From the NCBI GenBank assembly GCA_964016885.1, contig OZ024740.1, forward strand, positions 318,184,001 to 318,248,000: a stretch of 64,000 bases of DNA, given 5' to 3'. Position 1 is the stretch's first letter. Each line of letters opens with the position of its first letter. The position numbers and the translations under genes are program-made. Below are positions 15,620 to 29,829 of the stretch, piece by piece. The DNA comes from Eledone cirrhosa (lineage: Eukaryota). The notes below the pieces were generated by a model. It made no database searches and was not told the origin of the DNA. It saw only the letters and a program-made list of their open reading frames with translations.

Positions 15620-18600
15620 CTGACGTTCTAACGACTCTACCAATTCGCTGTATTTCTACTACAATACTCACAACAAATAATCCAGCACTGTTTCGTCTAT
15701 TTCCACAACTCACATTCTATCTGACATTCTAACGACTCTACCAATTCGAAGTCTTTCTACTACAATACTCACAACAAATAATCCAGGAATATCTCGTCTA
15801 TTTCCACAACTTAAATTCTATCTGACTTTGAAATGACTCTATCAATTCGAAGTCTTTCTACTACAATACTAACTTCAAATAATCCAGGATTGTCTCGTCT
15901 ATTTCCACAACTTACATTCTATCTGACATTCTAACGACTCTACCAATTCGCTGTCTTTCTACTACAATACTCAACAAATAATCCAGGATTGTCTCGTCTA
16001 TTTCCACAACTTACGTTCTATCTGACATTCTAAAGAGTCTAACAATTCGAAGTCTTTCTACTACAATACTCAGAACAAATAATCCAGGTTTGTCTCGTCT
16101 ATTTCCACAACTTACATTCTATCTAACATTCTAACGACTCTACCAATTCGAAGCCTTTTTACTAAATAACTCACAACAAATAATTCAGGATTGTCTCGTC
16201 TATTTCCACAAATTACGTTCTATCTGACATTCTAAAGACTCTACCAATTCGCTGTCTTTCTACTACAATACTCGCAACAAATAATCGAGGATTGTCTCGT
16301 CTATTTCCACAACTTACATTCTATCTGATATTCTAACGACTCTACCAATTCGAAGTCTTTCTACTACAATACTAACAACAAATAATCCAGGATTGTCTCT
16401 TCTATTTCCACAACTTACATTCTATCTGATATTCTAACGACTCTACCAATTCGAATCTTTCTACTACAATACTCACAACAAATAATACAGGATTGGCTCG
16501 TCTATTTCCACAACTTACATTCTATCTGACGTTCTAACGACTCTACCAATTCGCTGTATTTCTACTACAATACTCACAACAAATAATCCAGCACTGTTTC
16601 GTCTATTTCCACAACTCACATTCTATCTGACATTCTAACGACTCTACCAATTCGAAGTCTTTCTACTACAATACTCACAACAAATAATCCAGGAATATCT
16701 CGTCTATTTCCACAACTTAAATTCTATCTGACTTTGAAACGACTCTATCAATTCGAAGTCTTTCTACTACAATACTAACTTCAAATAATCCAGGATTGTC
16801 TCGTCTATTTCCATAACTTACATTCTATCTGACATTCTAACGACTCTACCAATTCGCTGTCTTTCTACTACAATACTCAACAAATAATCCAGGATTGTCT
16901 CGTCTATTTCCACAACTTACGTTCTATCTGACATTCTAAAGACTCTAACAATTCGAAGTCTTTCTACTACAATACTCAGAACAAATAATCCAGGTTTGTC
17001 TCGTCTATTTCCACAACTTACATTCTATCTAACATTCTAACGACTCAACCAATTCGAAGCCTTTTTACTACATTACTCACAACAAATAATTCAGGATTGC
17101 CCCGTCTATTTCCACAACTTACATTCTACCTGACATTCTAACGACTCTACCAATTCGCTGTCTTTCTACTACAATACTCACAACAAATAATCCAGGATTG
17201 TCTCGTCTATTTCCACAACTTACATTCTATCTGATATACTAACGACTCTACCAATTCGAACTCTTTCTACTACAATACTCTCAACAAATAATCCAGGATT
17301 GTCTCTTCTATTTCCACAACTTACATTCTATCTAACATTCTAACAACTCCACCAATTCGAAATCTTTCTACTACAATACTCACAACAAATCATCCAGGAT
17401 TGTCTCGTCTATTTCCACAACTTACATTCTATCTGATATTCTAACGACTCTACCAATCCGAAGTCTTTCTACTACAATACTCACAACAAATAATCCAGGA
17501 TTGTCTCGTCTATTTCCACAACTTGCATTCTATCTGACATTCTAACGACTCTACCAATTCGAAGTCTTTCTACTACAATACTCACAACAAATAATCCAGG
17601 ATTGTCTCGTCTATTTCCACAAATTACATTCTATCTGACATTCTAACGACTCTACCAATTCGCTGTCTTTCTACTACAATACTCACAACAAATAATCCAG
17701 GACTGTCTCGTCTATTTCCACAACTTACGTTCTATCTGACATTCTAAAGACTCTAACAATTCGAAGTTTTTCTACTACAATACTCAGAACAAATAATCCA
17801 GGTTTGTCTCGTCTATTTCCACAACTTACATTCTATCTAACATTCTAACGACTCTACCAATTCGCTGTCTTTCTACTACAATACTCACAACAAATAATCC
17901 AGGATTGTCTCGTCTATTTCCACAACTTACATTCTATCTGATATTCTAACGACTCTACCAATTCGAAGTCTTTCTACTACAATACTAACAACAAATAATC
18001 CAGGATTGTCTCTTCTGTTTCCACAACTTACATTCTATCTAACATTCTAACAACTCCACCTATTCGAAATCTTTCTACTACAATACTCACAACAAATCAT
18101 CCAGGATTGTCTCGTCTATTTCCACAACTTACATTCTATCTGATATTCTAACGACTCTACCAATTCGAAGTCTTTCTACTACAATACTAACAACAAATAA
18201 TCCAGGATTGTCTCTTCTATTTCCACAACTTACATTCTATCTGATATTCTAACGACTCTACCAATTCGAATCTTTCTACTACAATACTCACAACAAATAA
18301 TACAGGATTGGCTCGTCTATTTCCACAACTTACATTCTATCTGACGTTCTAACGACTCTACCAATTCGCTGTATTTCTACTACAATACTCACAACAAATA
18401 ATCCAGCACTGTTTCGTCTATTTCCACAACTCACATTCTATCTGACATTCTAACGACTCTACCAATTCGAAGTCTTTCTACTACAATACTCACAACAAAT
18501 AATCCAGGAATATCTCGTCTATTTCCACAACTTAAATTCTATCTGACTTTGAAATGACTCTATCAATTCGAAGTCTTTCTACAACAATACTAACTTCAAA

Positions 18601-21061
18601 TAATCCAGGATTGTCTCGTCTATTTCCACAACTTACATTCTATCTGACATTCTAACGACTCTACCAATTCGCTGTCTTTCTACTACAATACTCAACAAAT
18701 AATCCAGGATTGTCTCGTCTATTTCCACAACTTACGTTCTATCTGACATTCTAAAGACTCTAACAATTCGAAGTCTTTCTACTACAATACTCAGAACAAA
18801 TAATCCAGGTTTGTCTCGTCTATTTCCACAACTTACATTCTATCTAACATTCTAACGACTCTACCAATTCGAAGCCTTTTTACTAAATAACTCACAACAA
18901 ATAATTCAGGATTGTCTCGTCTATTTCCACAAATTACGTTCTATCTGACATTCTAAAGACTCTACCAATTCGCTGTCTTTCTACTACAATACTCGCAACA
19001 AATAATCGAGGATTGTCTCGTCTATTTCCACAACTTACATTCTATCTGATATTCTAACGACTCTACCAATTCGAAGTCTTTCTACTACAATACTAACAAC
19101 AAATAATCCAGGATTGTCTCTTCTATTTCCACAACTTACATTCTATCTGATATTCTAACGACTCTACCAATTCGAATCTTTCTACTACAATACTCACAAC
19201 AAATAATACAGGATTGGCTCGTCTATTTCCACAACTTACATTCTATCTGACGTTCTAACGACTCTACCAATTCGCTGTATTTCTACTACAATACTCACAA
19301 CAAATAATCCAGCACTGTTTCGTCTATTTCCACAACTCACATTCTATCTGACATTCTAACGACTCTACCAATTCGAAGTCTTTCTACTACAATACTCACA
19401 ACAAATAATCCAGGAATATCTCGTCTATTTCCACAACTTAAATTCTATCTGACTTTGAAACGACTCTATCAATTCGAAGTCTTTCTACTACAATACTAAC
19501 TTCAAATAATCCAGGATTGTCTCGTCTATTTCCATAACTTACATTCTATCTGACATTCTAACGACTCTACCAATTCGCTGTCTTTCTACTACAATACTCA
19601 ACAAATAATCCAGGATTGTCTCGTCTATTTCCACAACTTACGTTCTATCTGACATTCTAAAGACTCTAACAATTCGAAGTCTTTCTACTACAATACTCAG
19701 AACAAATAATCCAGGTTTGTCTCGTCTATTTCCACAACTTACATTCTATCTAACATTCTAACGACTCAACCAATTCGAAGCCTTTTTACTACATTACTCA
19801 CAACAAATAATTCAGGATTGCCCCGTCTATTTCCACAACTTACATTCTACCTGACATTCTAACGACTCTACCAATTCGCTGTCTTTCTACTACAATACTC
19901 ACAACAAATAATCCAGGATTGTCTCGTCTATTTCCACAACTTACATTCTATCTGATATACTAACGACTCTACCAATTCGAACTCTTTCTACTACAATACT
20001 CTCAACAAATAATCCAGGATTGTCTCTTCTATTTCCACAACTTACATTCTATCTAACATTCTAACAACTCCACCAATTCGAAATCTTTCTACTACAATAC
20101 TCACAACAAATCATCCAGGATTGTCTCGTCTATTTCCACAACTTACATTCTATCTGATATTCTAACGACTCTACCAATCCGAAGTCTTTCTACTACAATA
20201 CTCACAACAAATAATCCAGGATTGTCTCGTCTATTTCCACAACTTGCATTCTATCTGACATTCTAACGACTCTACCAATTCGAAGTCTTTCTACTACAAT
20301 ACTCACAACAAATAATCCAGGATTGTCTCGTCTATTTCCACAAATTACATTCTATCTGACATTCTAACGACTCTACCAATTCGCTGTCTTTCTACTACAA
20401 TACTCACAACAAATAATCCAGGACTGTCTCGTCTATTTCCACAACTTACGTTCTATCTGACATTCTAAAGACTCTAACAATTCGAAGTTTTTCTACTACA
20501 ATACTCAGAACAAATAATCCAGGTTTGTCTCGTCTATTTCCACAACTTACATTCTATCTAACATTCTAACGACTCTACCAATTCGCTGTCTTTCTACTAC
20601 AATACTCACAACAAATAATCCAGGATTGTCTCGTCTATTTCCACAACTTACATTCTATCTGATATTCTAACGACTCTACCAATTCGAAGTCTTTCTACTA
20701 CAATACTAACAACAAATAATCCAGGATTGTCTCTTCTGTTTCCACAACTTACATTCTATCTAACATTCTAACAACTCCACCTATTCGAAATCTTTCTACT
20801 ACAATACTCACAACAAATCATCCAGGATTGTCTCGTCTATTTCCACAACTTACATTCTATCTGATATTCTAACGACTCTACCAATTCGAAGTCTTTCTAC
20901 TACAATACTAACAACAAATAATCCAGGATTGTCTCTTCTATTTCCACAACTTACATTCTATCTGATATTCTAACGACTCTACCAATTCGAATCTTTCTAC
21001 TACAATACTCACAACAAATAATACAGGATTGGCTCGTCTATTTCCACAACTTACATTCTAT
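15620..21061. repeat. 27-monomer higher-order repeat (2721 bp = 906-bp 9-mer + 1815-bp 18-mer), two tandem copies; a further copy at about 9980-12700
   Basis: ccagcactg at 15682, 16588, 18403, 19309 and 21124 (spacings 906, 1815, 906, 1815). tccataac at 16814/19535, attcgaactc at 17254/19975 and aatcgagg at 16287/19008/21729 are offset by 2721. The same markers occur 5643 bp upstream (11171, 11611, 10644). Confidence 0.9.
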
Positions 21062-24000
21062 CTGACGTTCTAACGACTCTACCAATTCGCTGTATTTCTA
21101 CTACAATACTCACAACAAATAATCCAGCACTGTTTCGTCTATTTCCACAACTCACATTCTATCTGACATTCTAACGACTCTACCAATTCGAAGTCTTTCT
21201 ACTACAATACTCACAACAAATAATCCAGGAATATCTCGTCTATTTCCACAACTTAAATTCTATCTGACTTTGAAACGACTCTATCAATTCGAAGTCTTTC
21301 TACTACAATACTAAATTCAAATAATCCAGGATTGTCTCGTCTATTTCCACAACTTACATTCTATCTGACATTCTAACGACTCTACCAATTCGCTGTCTTT
21401 CTACTACAATACTCAACAAATAATCCAGGATTGTCTCGTCTATTTCCACAACTTACGTTCTATCTGACATTCTAAAGACTCTAACAATTCGAAGTCTTTC
21501 TACTACAATACTCAGAACAAATAATCCAGGTTTGTCTCGTCTATTTCCACAACTTACATTCTATCTAACATTCTAACGACTCTACCAATTCGAAGCCTTT
21601 TTACTAAATAACTCACAACAAATAATTCAGGATTGTCTCGTCTATTTCCACAAATTACGTTCTATCTGACATTCTAAAGTCTCTACCAATTCGCTGTCTT
21701 TCTACTACAATACTCGCAACAAATAATCGAGGATTGTCTCGTCTATTTCCACAACTTACATTCTATCTGATATTCTAACGACTCTACCAATTCGAAGTCT
21801 TTCTACTACAATACTAACAACAAATAATCCAGGATTGTCTCTTCTATTTCCACAACTTACATTCTATCTGATATTCTAACGACTCTACCAATTCGAATCT
21901 TTCTACTACAATACTCACAACAAATAATACAGGATTGGCTCGTCTATTTCCACAACTTACATTCTATCTGACGTTCTAACGACTCTACCAATTCGCTGTA
22001 TTTCTACTACAATACTCACAACAAATAATCCAGCACTGTTTCGTCTATTTCCACAACTCACATTCTATCTGACATTCTAACGACTCTACCAATTCGAAGT
22101 CTTTCTACTACAATACTCACAACAAATAATCCAGGAATATCTCGTCTATTTCCACAACTTAAATTCTATCTGACATTGAAACGACTCTATCAATTCGAAG
22201 TCTTTCTACTACAATACTAATTTCAAATAATCCAGGATTGTCTCGTCTATTTCCACAACTTACATTCTATCTGACATTCTAACGACTCTACCAATTCGCT
22301 GTCTTTCTACTACAATACTCAACAAATAATCCAGGATTGTCTCGTCTATTTCCACAACTTACGTTCTATCTGACATTCTAAAGACTCTAACAATTCGAAG
22401 TATTTCTACTACAATACTCAGAACAAATAATCCAGGTTTGTCTCGTCTATTTCCACAACTTACATTCTATCTAACATTCTAACGACTCTACCAATTCGAA
22501 GCCTTTTTACTAAATAACTCACAACAAATAATTCAGGATTGTCTCGTCTATTTCCACAAATTACGTTCTATCTGACATTCTAAAGACTCTACCAATTCGC
22601 TGTCTTTCTACTACAATACTCGCAACAAATAATCGAGGATTGTCTCGTCTATTTCCACAACTTACATTCTATCTGATATTCTAACGACTCTACCAATTCG
22701 AAGTCTTTCTACTACAATACTAACAACAAATAATCCAGGATTGTCTCTTCTATTTCCACAACTTACATTCTATCTGATATTCTAACGACTCTACCAATTC
22801 GAATCTTTCTACTACAATACTCACAACAAATAATACAGGATTGGCTCGTCTATTTCCACAACTTACATTCTATCTGACGTTCTAACGACTCTACCAATTC
22901 GCTGTATTTCTACTACAATACTCACAACAAATAATCCAGCACTGTTTCGTCTATTTCCACAACTCACATTCTATCTGACATTCTAACGACTCTACCAATT
23001 CGAAGTCTTTCTACTACAATACTCACAACAAATAATCCAGGAATATCTCGTCTATTTCCACAACTTAAATTCTATCTGACTTTGAAATGACTCTATCAAT
23101 TCGAAGTCTTTCTACAACAATACTAACTTCAAATAATCCAGGATTGTCTCGTCTATTTCCACAACTTACATTCTATCTGACATTCTAACGACTCTACCAA
23201 TTCGCTGTCTTTCTACTACAATACTCAACAAATAATCCAGGATTGTCTCGTCTATTTCCACAACTTACGTTCTATCTGACATTCTAAAGACTCTAACAAT
23301 TCGAAGTCTTTCTACTACAATACTCAGAACAAATAATCCAGGTTTGTCTCGTCTATTTCCACAACTTACATTCTATCTAACATTCTAACGACTCTACCAA
23401 TTCGAAGCCTTTTTACTAAATAACTCACAACAAATAATTCAGGATTGTCTCGTCTATTTCCACAAATTACGTTCTATCTGACATTCTAAAGACTCTACCA
23501 ATTCGCTGTCTTTCTACTACAATACTCGCAACAAATAATCGAGGATTGTCTCGTCTATTTCCACAACTTACATTCTATCTGATATTCTAACGACTCTACC
23601 AATTCGAAGTCTTTCTACTACAATACTAACAACAAATAATCCAGGATTGTCTCTTCTATTTCCACAACTTACATTCTATCTGATATTCTAACGACTCTAC
23701 CAATTCGAATCTTTCTACTACAATACTCACAACAAATAATACAGGATTGGCTCGTCTATTTCCACAACTTACATTCTATCTGACGTTCTAACGACTCTAC
23801 CAATTCGCTGTATTTCTACTACAATACTCACAACAAATAATCCAGCACTGTTTCGTCTATTTCCACAACTCACATTCTATCTGACATTCTAACGACTCTA
23901 CCAATTCGAAGTCTTTCTACTACAATACTCACAACAAATAATCCAGGAATATCTCGTCTATTTCCACAACTTAAATTCTATCTGACTTTGAAACGACTCT

Positions 24001-24290
24001 ATCAATTCGAAGTCTTTCTACTACAATACTAACTTCAAATAATCCAGGATTGTCTCGTCTATTTCCATAACTTACATTCTATCTGACATTCTAACGACTC
24101 TACCAATTCGCTGTCTTTCTACTACAATACTCAACAAATAATCCAGGATTGTCTCGTCTATTTCCACAACTTACGTTCTATCTGACATTCTAAAGACTCT
24201 AACAATTCGAAGTCTTTCTACTACAATACTCAGAACAAATAATCCATGTTTGTCTCGTCTATTTCCACAACTTACATTCTATCTAACATT
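21062..24290. repeat. 9-monomer higher-order repeat (906 bp), about 3.5 tandem copies
   Basis: ccagcactg at 21124, 22030, 22936 and 23842; aatcgagg at 21729, 22635 and 23541. 906 = 9 x 101 - 3 (one 99-bp and one 100-bp monomer). Confidence 0.92.
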
Positions 24291-27200
24291 CTAACGACTC
24301 AACCAATTCGAAGCCTTTTTACTACATTACTCACAACAAATAATTCAGGATTGCCCCGTCTATTTCCACAACTTACATTCTACCTGACATTCTAACGACT
24401 CTACCAATTCGCTGTCTTTCTACTACAATACTCACAACAAATAATCCAGGATTGTCTCGTCTATTTCCACAACTTACATTCTATCTGATATACTAACGAC
24501 TCTACCAATTCGAACTCTTTCTACTACAATACTCTCAACAAATAATCCAGGATTGTCTCTTCTATTTCCACAACTTACATTCTATCTAACATTCTAACAA
24601 CTCCACCAATTCGAAATCTTTCTACTACAATACTCACAACAAATCATCCAGGATTGTCTCGTCTATTTCCACAACTTACATTCTATCTGATATTCTAACG
24701 ACTCTACCAATCCGAAGTCTTTCTACTACAATACTCACAACAAATAATCCAGGATTGTCTCGTCTATTTCCACAACTTGCATTCTATCTGACATTCTAAC
24801 GACTCTACCAATTCGAAGTCTTTCTACTACAATACTCACAACAAATAATCCAGGATTGTCTCGTCTATTTCCACAAATTACATTCTATCTGACATTCTAA
24901 CGACTCTACCAATTCGCTGTCTTTCTACTACAATACTCACAACAAATAATCCAGGATTGTCTCGTCTATTTCCACAACTTACATTCTATCTGATATTCTA
25001 ACGACTCTACCAATTCGAAGTCTTTCTACTACAATACTAACAACAAATAATCCAGGATTGTCTCTTCTGTTTCCACAACTTACATTCTATCTAACATTCT
25101 AACAACTCCACCTATTCGAAATCTTTCTACTACAATACTCACAACAAATCATCCAGGATTGTCTCGTCTATTTCCACAACTTACATTCTATCTGATATTC
25201 TAACGACTCTACCAATTCGAAGTCTTTCTACTACAATACTAACAACAAATAATCCAGGATTGTCTCTTCTATTTCCACAACTTACATTCTATCTGATATT
25301 CTAACGACTCTACCAATTCGAATCTTTCTACTACAATACTCACAACAAATAATACAGGATTGGCTCGTCTATTTCCACAACTTACATTCTATCTGACGTT
25401 CTAACGACTCTACCAATTCGCTGTATTTCTACTACAATACTCACAACAAATAATCCAGCATTGTTTCGTCTATTTCCACAACTCACATTCTATCTGACAT
25501 TCTAACGACTCTACCAATTCGAAGTCTTTCTACTACAATACTCACAACAAATAATCCAGGAATATCTCGTCTATTTCCACAACTTAAATTCTATCTGACT
25601 TTGAAACGACTCTATCAATTCGAAGTCTTTCTACTACAATACTAACTTCAAATAATCCAGGATTGTCTCGTCTATTTCCACAACTTACATTCTATCTGAC
25701 ATTCTAACGACTCTACCAATTCGCTGTCTTTCTACTACAATACTCAACAAATAATCCAGGATTGTCTCGTCTATTTCCACAACTTACGTTCTATCTGACA
25801 TTCTAAAGACTCTAACAATTCGAAGTCTTTCTACTACAATACTCAGAACAAATAATCCAGGTTTGTCTCGTCTATTTCCACAACTTACATTCTATCTAAC
25901 ATTCTAACGACTCTACCAATTCGAAGCCTTTTTACTAAATAACTCACAACAAATAATTCAGGATTGTCTCGTCTATTTCCACAAATTACGTTCTATCTGA
26001 CATTCTAAAGTCTCTACCAATTCGCTGTCTTTCTACTACAAAACTCGCAACAAATAATCGAGGATTGTCTCGTCTATTTCCACAACTTACATTCTATCTG
26101 ATATTCTAACGACTCTACCAATTCGAAGTCTTTCTACTACAATACTAACAACAAATAATCCAGGATTGTCTCTTCTATTTCCACAACTTACATTCTATCT
26201 GATATTCTAACGACTCTACCAATTCGAATCTTTCTACTACAATACTCACAACAAATAATACAGGATTGTCTCGTCTATTTCCACAACTTACATTCTATCT
26301 GACATTCTAACGACTCTACCAATTCGCTGTATTTCTACTATAATACTCACATCAAATAATCCAGGATTGTCTCGTCTATTTCCGCAACATACATTCTATC
26401 TGACATTCTATCGACTCTACCAATTCGCTGTCTTTCTACTACAATACTCAACAAATAATCCAGGACTGTCTCGTCTATTTCCACAACTTACGTTCTATCT
26501 GACATTCTAAAGACTCTAACAATTCGAAGTTTTTCTACTACAATACTCAGAACAAATAATCCAGGTTTGTCTCGTCTATTTCCACAACTTACATTCTATC
26601 TAACATTCTAACGACTCTACCAATTCGAAGCCTTTTTACTACATTACTCACAACAAATAATTCAGGATTGCCCCGTCTATTTCCACAACTTACATTCTAC
26701 CTGACATTCTAACGACTCTACCAATTCGCTGTCTTTCTACTACAATACTCACAACAAATAATCCAGGATTGTTTCTTCTATTTCCACAACTTACATTCTA
26801 TCTAACATTCTAACAACTCCACCAATTCGAAATCCTTCTACTACAATACTCACAACAAATCATCCAGGATTGTCTCGTCTATTTCCACAACTTACATTCT
26901 ATCTGACGTTCTAACGACTCTACCAATTCGCTGTATTTCTACTACAATACTCACAGCAAATAATCCAGCACTGTTTCGTCTATTTCCACAACTCACATTC
27001 TATCTGACATTCTAACGACTCTACCAATTCGAAGTCTTTCTACTACAATACTCACAACAAATAATCCAGGAATATCTCGTCTATTTCCACAACTTACATT
27101 CTATCTGACATTGAAACGACTCTATCAATTCGAAGTCTTTCTACTACAATACTAACTTCAAATAATCCAGGATTGTCTCCTCTATTTCCACAACTTACAT

Positions 27201-29829
27201 TCTATCTGACATTCTAGCGACTCTACCAATTCGAAGTCTTTCTACTACAATACTAATAAAAATAATCTAGGATTGTCTCGTCTATTTGCACAAATTACGT
27301 TCTATCTTACATTCTAAAGACTCTACCAATTCGCTGTCTTTCTACTACAATACTCGCAACAAATAATCCAGGATTGTCTCGTCTATTTCCACAACTTACA
27401 TTCTATCTGATATTCTAACGACTCTACCAATTCGAAGTCTTTCTACTACAATACTCAGAACAAATAATCCAGGTTTGTCTCGTCTATTTCCACAACTTAC
27501 ATTCTATCTAACATTCTAACGACTCTACCAATTCGAAGCCTTTTTACTACATTACTCACAACAAATAATTCAGGATTGTCTCGTCTATTTCCACAAATTA
27601 CGTTCTATCTGACATTCTAACGACTCTACCAATTCGCTGTCTTTCTACTACAATACTCACAACAAATAATCCAGGATTGTCTCGTCTATTTCCACAACTT
27701 ACATTCTATCTGATATTCTAACGACTCTACCAATTCGAAGTCTTTCTACTACAATACTCACAACAAATAATCCAGGATTGTCTCGTCTATTTCCACAACT
27801 TACATTCTATCTGATATTCTAACGACTCTAACAATTCGAAGTCTTTCTACTACAATACTAACAACAAATAATCCAGGATTGTCTCTTCTATTTCCACAAC
27901 TTACATTCTATCTAACATTCTAACAACTCCACCAATTCGAAATCTTTCTACTACAATACTCACAACAAATCATCCAGGATTGTCTCGTCTATTTCCACAA
28001 CTTACATTCTATCTGATATTCTAACGACTCTACCAATTCGAAGTCTTTCTACTTCAATACTAACAACAAGTAATCCAGGATTGTCTCTTCTATTTCCACA
28101 ACTTACATTCTATCTGATATTCTAACGACTCTACCAATTCGAATCTTTCTACTACAATACTCACAACAAATAATACAGGATTGGCTCGTCTATTTCCACA
28201 ACTTACATTCTATCTGACGTTCTAACGACTCTACCAATTCGCTGTATTTCTACTACAATACTCACAGCAAATAATCCAGCACTGTTTCGTCTATTTCCAC
28301 AACTCACATTCTATCTGACATTCTAACGACTCTACCAATTCGAAGTCTTTCTACTACAATACTCACAACAAATAATCCAGGAATATCTCGTCTATTTCCA
28401 CAACTTACATTCTATCTGACATTGAAACGACTCTATCAATTCGAAGTCTTTCTACTACAATACTAACTTCAAATAATCCAGGATTGTCTCGTCTATTTCC
28501 ACAACTTACATTCTATCTGACATTCTAGCGACTCTACCAATTCGAAGTCTTTCTACTACAATACTAATAAAAATAATCTAGGATTGTCTCGTCTATTTCC
28601 ACAAATTACGTTCTATCTGACATTCTAAAGACTCTACCAATTCGCTGTCTTTCTACTACAATACTCGCAACAAATAATCCAGGATTGTCTCGTCTATTTC
28701 CACAACTTACATTCTATCTGATATTCTAACGACTCTACCAATTCGAAGTCTTTCTACTACAATACTCAGAACAAATAATCCAGGTTTGTCTCGTCTATTT
28801 CCACAACTTACATTCTATCTAACATTCTAACGACTCTACCAATTCGAAGCCTTTTTACTACATTACTCACAACAAATAATTCAGGATTGTCTCGTCTATT
28901 TCCACAAATTACGTTCTATCTGACATTCTAACGACTCTACCAATTCGCTGTCTTTCTACTACAATACTCACAACAAATAATCCAGGATTGTCTCGTCTAT
29001 TTCCACAACTTACATTCTATCTGATATTCTAACGACTCTACCAATTCGAAGTCTTTCTACTACAATACTCACAACAAATAATCCAGGATTGTCTCGTCTA
29101 TTTCCACAACTTACATTCTATCTGATATTCTAACGACTCTACCAATTCGAAGTCTTTCTACTACAATACTAACAACAAATAATCCAGGATTGTCTCTTCT
29201 ATTTCCACAACTTACATTCTATCTGACATTCTAACAACTCTACCAATTCGAAATCTTTCTACTACAATACTCACAACAAATAATCCAGGATTGTCTCGTC
29301 TATTTCCACAACTTACATTCTATCTGATATTGTAACGACTCTACCAATTCGAAGTCTTTCTACTACAATACTAACAACAAATAATCCAGGATTGTCTCTT
29401 CTATTTCCACAACTTACATTCTATCTGATATTCTAACGACTCTACCAATTCGAATCTTTCTACTACAATACTCACAACAAATAATACAGGATTGGCTCGT
29501 CTATTTCCACAACTTACATTCTATCTGACGTTCTAACGACTCTACCAATTCGCTTTATTTCTACTACAATACTCACAGCAAATAATCCAGCACTGTTTCG
29601 TCTATTTCCACAACTCACATTCTATCTGACATTCTAACGACTCTACCAATTCGAAGTCTTTCTACTACAATACTCACAACAAATAATCCAGGAATATCTC
29701 GTCTATTTCCACAACTTACATTCTATCTGACATTGAAACGACTCTATCAATTCGAAGTCTTTCTACTACAATACTAACTTCAAATAATCCAGGATTGTCT
29801 CGTCTATTTCCACAACTTACATTCTATCT

